NCBI GenBank assembly: GCA_951406725.2
Contig: OX597834.1
Coordinates: 45,446,001 to 45,510,000 of the forward strand
Reading direction: 5' to 3'
Length of the DNA: 64,000 bases
DNA from: Octopus vulgaris
Lineage: Eukaryota
A program made the translations under genes and the position numbers. Each line of letters begins with the position of its first letter. The first letter of the stretch is position 1. The notes beneath the pieces are model-generated. The model was not told the DNA's origin. It did not search any database and was given only the letters and a program-made list of their open reading frames with translations. Of this stretch, positions 56,164-64,000 are shown one piece after another.

Positions 56164-56949
56164 TTTGTTGCCAGATTACTTAGTTCGATTTCGTTTTTGT
56201 TTTTTCTTCGATTTAGTTTACTCCTTTCAAATGTAATTTGAATTAAAACGAAAATCCTGTTTAATCGGAGCCTTTGATGATTTTTTCCTTTAACTCTCTC
56301 CTACTTCTATAAGTCTTGTTTATGCGTTTTGAAAGTATGAAAATATTTTTTCCTCTGTTCTGTTTTAGAGCGATGGAGCTCCACTAGAAAAAAAAAACAG
56401 AACGAAAATATCTGACAACTCAATGGAAAATCTCTTCCACTCAGAACTGTAATTAATAACAGAGAACAATACTGTGTATTCGTCACAATATTCAACTGAC
56501 AAATCTATACACTAGCTTTAACTTGATAGTAATATTAAGTTTTATAACACTAATATTTCGCGGAGGATTTGGCTAGACTAAGTCTCTAAATTTCTGCATC
56601 GCGAGATCACAGCTCCTCTATGACGCACGCGTGATTAGAATGTCGGAGGGAAAATCACAAGTTATATTATTTTAGCCAGACAAACCGAAATCCAGAGCGG
56701 GACGGGATAAACTACCTGCATCAACTTGTTATAAAAGCAGGTAATAAATTTAACTTGTACTTATTCTTAGTGCAAGTTTTGAAGAGTGCGGTTCAATAGT
56801 TACGATGGGATTTTGTTCCCCCAATCGTTTACAGGATGTTCTTCCAGGACAACCAGACAATTTTGCATCCAGCCATCCATTTATCTACCTACACCTTTGT
56901 CCATCATGCCCAGACATTCATTTTACCATCCATCTATCACTCTACACAT

Positions 56950-57050
56950 CTATACATACATACATACATACATAGATACATACATACATACATACATACA
57001 TACATACATACATACATACATACATACATACATACATACATACATACACA
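56950..57050. repeat. (TACA)n microsatellite
   Basis: Seen directly. Confidence 0.95.
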
Positions 57051-57129
57051 TTTATACATCACTCCGACCACGATTCCTGTGAAGGTCGTGCAGGTTAGAG
57101 TCCTCAAACACCTCTTCCATACAACCCTG

Positions 57130-57330
57130 CTTAGATGAAAGCGAAGTTGCAAGAGTGTCGAAGAAATTCTAACGGACATGACTTGGGAGATGAAGGCTTC
57201 CTTTAGGGAGAAGGGATTCTGAGGTAAAGACGAAAAGGCAAAAATACAAGTGGACAGACGCACAAAAGAAAGTTTTCCGTGGCCTTCGCTCCAAAGGAAA
57301 CGAAGATTTAAGTATGCAAGTAAGTAACTT
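57130..57330 (+). mobile_element. Probable RTE-type 3' end
   Basis: tggccttcgctccaaaggaaacgaagatttaagtatgcaagtaagtaa resembles RTE-clade termini ending in (AAGT)n. Confidence 0.45.
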
Positions 57331-58524
57331 GTAAGTTAGTAATTATTTCAAACGATATAACGATTCGGCCGATATGCTAAATAATGATTCTGTCATAGAA
57401 CGTCTGCAATGTTGCGATTATAACATTAAACGTTCTCAAAACTGATTGGTTTTTACGGGGTCAAGCTCGCATTCGTGATTTCATCCTATTACTATTTACT
57501 AATAATACTAATCTGACCACAGAAACGAGCAAGATTTGAGTCCGCGAATGTTTGCTAGTTCTGTTACTCTAACGAGACAATATAGAGGGAGAAAGCTATT
57601 AAACGGTAAATAGAGAATGTGTGACAGAAGGAGATATAAAATGACAACGTTTTGGAAGGTTAGATGCTTATTACGCTGGTCAGGACGTTGAACTATAGAG
57701 AGATAATTAGAGAAGATAGTGGGAGAATTAAAACGACAGTGATTTAAAAGGTGAGATGTTTATTATAAGATGCTTATTACATGGATCGGAGTGATAAACT
57801 CATAGTGAGTGATAGTTTGAGACTTAAAATGAGAATTATTTAATGCAATGAGAGTTGTATAGGCCGTAGTGGTAGGTTAAGAATCAAGACAGGACCGGGC
57901 AGTGTAAGTGTCAAAACAAGCAAACTGACATAAAAGGCGACGAAGTCATTAGCTGTCATATGAAGATAGAGTTCGGTTAAATAGCCGACCTTAGCTTGAA
58001 ATTACAGATTGAGGACTACGAAGGTGAAAGAAATGCCGTAGAAGGAAGCGCTATAGCAGAGAATATTGTAACTGAGGAATTATTACAAGAAATACATTTA
58101 GTACTAATATATGTTCTTATAATTCATCACATAATCAAATATAATAACAAGCTGCTATATCTCAACATTCAAAAATACAACATATCTCCGCATCATATAC
58201 ACATTGAAGCAATTGGGATTGTATTCCATGCTCTTTCCATTTACACTAATAGAAAGTGACGACATGTTTTTAGCTAATTTACCCTAAATGAAGTTATAGA
58301 ATATTACAAAATGAAGCATAGATCGGGGAAACTATGCAACGGAAATAAACGCCATTATATTTGATAAGTAACATGATAAACTCTCTTATGAATTCTCTAA
58401 CGTTTATAAACAGATTTCCACAAATATTTTAGTGATACCAAATTTGTCTTTAATAATTTATCGCTAAAATATACGATTATAAACTGATGTTGCTGTAAAT
58501 AAATTTCTGCCTCAAATAATATTT

Positions 58525-58995
58525 TCTAATCTAGGCACAAGGACCGAAATTTTTTGTGAGGGGGGGGGGTCGATTATATCGACTCCATTGCGTAACTGGT
58601 ACTTAATTTATCGACCCCGAAAGGATGACAGGCAAAGTCGACTTCGGCGGAATTTGAACTCAGAACGTAACGGCAGACAAAATACCTATTTCTTTACCAC
58701 CAACAAGGGGCTAAACACAGAGGGAACTAACAAGGAGAGACAAATGGATTAAGTCGATTATATCAACCCCGGTGCGTAACTGGTACTTATTTAATCAATC
58801 CCGAAAGGATGAAAGGCAATGTCGACCTCGGCGTAATTTGAACTCAGAACGTAGCGGCAGACGAAATACCGCTAAGCATTTTGCCCGGCGTGCTAACATT
58901 TCTTCTTTCTTTGTTGCCCACAAGAGGCTAAACATAGAGAGGACAAACAAGGACAGACAAAAGGAGTAAGTCGATTACATCGACCCCAGTCCGGA
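58525..58995 (-). mobile_element. SINE family C tandem multimer (about 2.5 units)
   Basis: Repeated gtcgattatatc..gcgtaactggtac..cccgaaaggatga..aatttgaactcagaacgta units, joined at aatacctatttcttt. Confidence 0.9.
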
Positions 58996-59446
58996 GCTGG
59001 TGTTAAACGGGTTTGGATTTCTCAATAAAATTGATTCCTCTGACTTTTCTCTCAAATTCACTTCAGTTTTGTAGTTTGTGGAATGGAAATATTATACTCT
59101 TTTTCTTATTATATTTGGTCAAATAGTTGCTTAAAGGATCATGACGGCCCCGAATTTGCTGCTGATACGCTAGTGAACGTTCTGATGATATATTTTATAT
59201 TCACATTTAATCTATGTATGTATGTATATATATATATATATATATACAGGTATGTATGTATATGTATATATATATATATACAGGTATGTATGTATATGTA
59301 TATAAATACATACATATACATATATATATATGTAAATATATATATATGTATGTATATATATATGTGTATATATATATTTGTATATGTGTATATATATATG
59401 TATGTATAGGTGTACATATATATGTATGTATTCATATATCTATTTA

Positions 59447-59485
<39 letters not shown>

Positions 59486-59486
<1 letters not shown>

Positions 59487-59641
59487 GGCCGGGCTTATTT
59501 CAATTTCCGTCTACCATAATCATTCACAATGTTTTGGTCGGTCCGAAGCTATGCTGCAAGACACTTGCTAAAGTTTCCGCGCCGTGCAACTGAACATGGA
59601 AGCACGTTGTGAGGAAGCAAGCCTCTTACCACACAGCCACC
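59486..59641 (-). mobile_element. SINE family A, 5' half, diverged
   Basis: ttccgtctacc..ttttggtcggtccgaagctat..aagacacttg..cttaccacacagccac. Confidence 0.8.
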
Positions 59642-60496
59642 CCTGTCGTCCATATTTACAATTATCTATCTGTCAGAAAGGGGGGAAGAAGAGTAGAGGG
59701 GTCAACCATTTGCCTACACAAGGTTTGACCTTAACGCCCTTGTTCTTTTAAGAGCTTAGTTATTGGTGGTTGATTTCGTTTAGTTGGTAGATAAAATACA
59801 TTTTCAGATGTCGTAAGGCGGTGACTAGTCCGTCTTTTGTTCTGATTTCGGATCCCACCAATGTCGACATTACTTCTCATCCATTCGGTATCGCCAAGCA
59901 ACAGCAGAACATTGGGGTCGTCCAATTCGACTTGTACCTTCCCCTGAAATTGCTGGCCTTTTGCTAAAATTTGAAGTCGAGATACATTTTGGGTCTTAAG
60001 TTCATCAGCCCCGTATCCTGTGCATCATATACAATGCACAACGTCTTTTACTCAGTCTCTCTATCTCTTCCTCTCCGTCTCTTCCTCTCTCTCTTCTTCT
60101 CTCTCTCTCTCTCCCTCTAAATACATATAAATCAATATGTAGAAACAAATACATATATATGAAAGAGTGAACGAACGAAGTATGTTGTAGGATTTACATA
60201 TAAGTTTTAATAACAATTAGACTAAGCTTCACATGGCTTAAGCCTTCCTTCTCCACGCCGAAATATACAAGTTAGGTTTACTTACACGCATTGCGCGTTG
60301 GGGTTGTTCGGACATGTTGCAAAATGACAGGGATCGATGATGCAGTAGACTCTATGGCATCGTGCTGGAATAGAAGTTAGAATACGTTAGATGTACACAA
60401 GCATATGCATTTTATGTAAACGTGTAATACACACACACACAGACACGCACACACATACACACATACACACATATATATATATATATATATATATTA

Positions 60497-63270
60497 AATT
60501 AGAGATAAAACCACTATTAGGCAAATCAAACAGTGAAAATCATAAGCCAATACATAGAAATAAAATTAATTAAAAAATATATAAAAAAATATAAAACAAA
60601 AAATATAAAAATCCAATTAGAATATTTAAATTAAAGTTTAAATTTTTTTAAATTATTTAAATTAATAATTTAAACTTATAAATTATAAATATAGACATAT
60701 ATTTATTATTTATTTAATTATTTTTTTCTTTATTTACATTTATTATTTTTTATGTTTTATTTTTTATTTTATATATTCTTTTTTTTTTTTTAATATATAT
60801 TTTAATATTTTTTATATTTTTATATTTTTATATCTATTTATTTTTTTTTATAGACTATCAAAAAGTATTAAAAGTTTATTAAGATAAAGAGTAAAAACAC
60901 TACGATCGTTTCATGCCCGTAACCAATTCGAATAACAATAATTTAAATTCAATTAATAATCAGAGTTATGGTTACAGTCAATCTTCAGGTTAATTGTAAT
61001 ATTTAAATAAATAATCAAAAATATTTAAACAATATTTTTTAAGAAATAAATAATATAATAAATTTTCTTTTAAAAAACTCTATTATCAAACTAGAAACTT
61101 AACGATTATGATTATGTCAAAACAACGATTATAATGTTAAATATTAATTTTAATTTTGAAGTATTAATTTTTAAGGTAAGAAACCCGCCAATAATCTAAT
61201 ATCAGTAATAGTCAATATTTAATTACATAAATTTTACCAAAAAAAAATCATTATTCATATTATTAAAATATAAAATATCAATGAAAATATATAAATGTAT
61301 ATAAGTAAATAATTAAGATCTAAATATTCTGTATAAATAAATATATATGCACATATAATAAAGACCTAATAAATTAATTTTTCATAATAAAGATGAAATA
61401 GCTAATTTCAAAAATACAAACAAACCATCTTAATCGAACGCTATAGTGAATTAACTATCTTTATCTCTTTGGCTAAATAATAACTTTCAAAAATCTTATC
61501 TTTAAAGTACTTAAAGAAATAATCAATTCGTAGTTATATAGTAACAAATAAATACTATAAATATATTTATCAATGGGAATAATGTAACTAGCAATAAACA
61601 ATTTAAAAGGACAATATATAAGTTAAAATAATAATTATAAGAAATTTAAAACTACAATTAATGCTATTAATACATGTATATACATGAATCTAACTTATAC
61701 AAACTCATATACTTGCTATCAAACAACATATCTATCGCTAAGTAAATTCTTACGAATAAACTTAAAGTTAATATCTAATAATTACATAGAAAATTACGAT
61801 ATTTGGATATACAACGATATATACATAAAAAAACAATAATATTATACCATAAGACTTATAAATATTAAAATTTAAAGACCTTAAATATAAATATATACTA
61901 ATCTTAGCGAGGCTTTGTAATGAACTAAAATTTTGAATCGGAAAACGTCTTTACAGCGTTTATAAGAATACTCGTGGAATTACGTTACTAGCAAAAAAAG
62001 AAAAATATTGTTGAAGAATTCATTAAGCGTGAGGAACATATACGCTTTATCAATGAAGATTGTGAATGGGAACAGTTAAGGTTTATCAATAAATGTAAAT
62101 AGAATGAAGTCACAAATAAAGAATAGAGTCACTCTATACTATAAGATTTATTAATAAAATAACTATCATAAATAATACTTAATACAGAATAAATTAAATA
62201 ATTAAAAACCACTAATTATTATATAAACTCTAAAAATCTTATAAAATAAATAAATATATATATATAAATGTTTTTGATAGTAACCCTTCTACGTACTATT
62301 AAATTCTTTCCCATATACACTTATAATTATAATCTAAAACTAGTGATCATAACCAAAATCTCTAATACTTATCAAAATTTGAGGTATAACTATACATGCG
62401 TTTACATATATATATAATTATACATACATATATTTAGATATATATATACATACATACACATACATACATGCGCATACATACATACACATACACATATATA
62501 CACACACCCATACACACACAAAAATAAATGTATATACATATACATATATATACACGTCCATAAACATATACACATATATACATACATACACACACAAACA
62601 CATATATCATATAAATAAATACGTATATAAATGCCTATATTCATACTTCAATACAAACATAGAGGTAAAAATTAAGTTTAATCTATATATACTACCTTAC
62701 TAATCTATATTTCTATATTAAATAAAATAGATTAAATAAACATCCAACTAAATCTATTTCAAATATAAAGAGATTATATACATATAGATTAATTTAACAA
62801 AATTATAATTTAACAAATTTATAACAGAAATATAACAAAATATATAAACTTAACTTTATTATAAGATAAATATATATATATTATATATCAAATTATTTAT
62901 ACTCAGCATTATTATGAAGTAATAAATTTATAAAATTAATAGCATATTACATTATTTTTTTAATATAACATATAAAAAATCATGTAATAAATCACCTACT
63001 ATATTTCAGATTAATACTATTACATAAATCAACAAATAAGGAGCTAATTAGGGCTAAGAAATATGCAGTATTTATCTAGAAATTTATTATCTAAGTAGAG
63101 TAACTTATATCTGCATTTTAGTTTGCGCTCATCCCAGGTATTCACAAAATTATCATGCTTATAAAATAAAATTTCCTTAAACTCATTTGAACATAAGTAA
63201 CAAAAATTCCCTCCTATACTATATGATTTAGCCTTACTTATTATTTCCCATGTTAAATCATAATTAATAT
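60497..63270 (-). mobile_element. Decayed, very AT-rich Penelope-like element (tentative), with a terminal-repeat hammerhead and an RT-thumb-like remnant
   Basis: Hammerhead-like motif at 60895-60992. The minus strand near 62030-62070 translates HSQSSLIKRICSS, resembling the Penelope SQ.LR.RRICS motif. The distal boundary is uncertain. Confidence 0.5.
60895..60992 (-). ncRNA. Hammerhead-like motif with a long stem II
   Basis: Minus strand: aac-CTGAAGA-t-TGACTGTAACCA-(about 46 nt)-TGGTTACGGGCA-t-GAAAC-GATC-GTA-gtgtt. Stem III is the palindrome ACGATCGT. Stem I is weak and there is a U-U at the base of stem II. Confidence 0.6.
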
Positions 63271-63317
63271 TTTGGGATTTATGTATGCATGCATGTATGT
63301 ATGGATATATATGTACA

Positions 63318-63350
63318 TACAGGGTGGCCCAAAAGTAGGTTTACAGTTAT
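63318..63350 (+). mobile_element. Tc1/mariner-type terminal repeat (solo)
   Basis: ta-cagggtggcccaaaagtaggtttacag is a typical TA-CAGGGTG end. No partner was seen in the window. Confidence 0.5.
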
Positions 63351-63627
63351 CACGGAGGCACTTTAAATTTCTTATAAAGCATTTTATGATATTGAAATTT
63401 CTATCTTACAAACTGAAAAGGGAGCTTCAGAACATTAACTAAATTAGCATATATCAATGATTTCAAATTTGTTTTTTTATAATTAATATCTAAACTCTTA
63501 ATATATGAATGCGAAAGAGATAGTAGAATAATTATAAACTACTTTTATATATAACTACTATATATGTACTTAATCATATCGAAGAGCCTAGCGCGTAAAA
63601 ATTTAGTTCAAAGACTATATATTACTC

Positions 63628-63890
63628 ATAACATACAGTGTACATATAAACACATAAGTAATCCAGTTGTGGGATTCAACACGCTAAAAAGGACAGCTAG
63701 GTTCTATAAAATTAAGGATAAAAATCCGACAGGAACGAAATGAAAAAATGGTAAAATATTTTTATTCTTTCATTTCGTTCCTGTCGGATTTTACCCCTAA
63801 TTTTGTGGTTGTAATACCTAGCTGTTCTTTCTAGCGTGTTGAATCCCACGAGTGGATTCCTTATGTCTTTAAATGTATACTGTATGTTAT
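63628..63890. repeat. Imperfect palindrome or foldback element of about 260 bp
   Basis: ataacatacagtgtacat...gtgggattcaacacgcta..aaaatccgacaggaacgaaatgaaa pairs with tttcatttcgttcctgtcggatttt..tagcgtgttgaatcccac...atgtatactgtatgttat, around a short AT-rich loop. Confidence 0.9.
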
Positions 63891-64000
63891 ATATATATAT
63901 ATATATACGTATAAATGCATACATACATACTTACATATATACATGCATACATGTACAAACATACATACCTTCGGTCTCATGGAGCCCAGCAAACGCTATC

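Overview
This is AT-rich, microsatellite-dense eukaryotic non-coding DNA, intergenic or from a very large intron. I found no host protein-coding gene; nearly all ORF-track entries are translations of simple repeats or SINEs. The repeat content most resembles a coleoid cephalopod (Octopus-like) genome, inferred from SINE and microsatellite character only. The window contains: a 5'-truncated, slightly disrupted CR1-group LINE (51952-54640) with two further 3'-end fragments; remnants of Tx1, R4/Dong-like and RTE LINEs; three mariner relics plus MITEs; and about 30 copies of four tRNA-derived SINE families (labelled A-D here). Two signals stand out. (1) Minimal type I hammerhead-ribozyme motifs of the Penelope-like-element kind recur. 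One is intact (21521-21596, minus) and sits inside a perfect 55-bp inverted repeat, and one tRNA-headed SINE family (D) carries such a motif in its 3' part. (2) The CR1-group LINEs and SINE family A share a double-hairpin 3' tail with compensatory substitutions, and both are associated with (TA)n tracts. All alignments and folds were done by eye, so boundaries are approximate.
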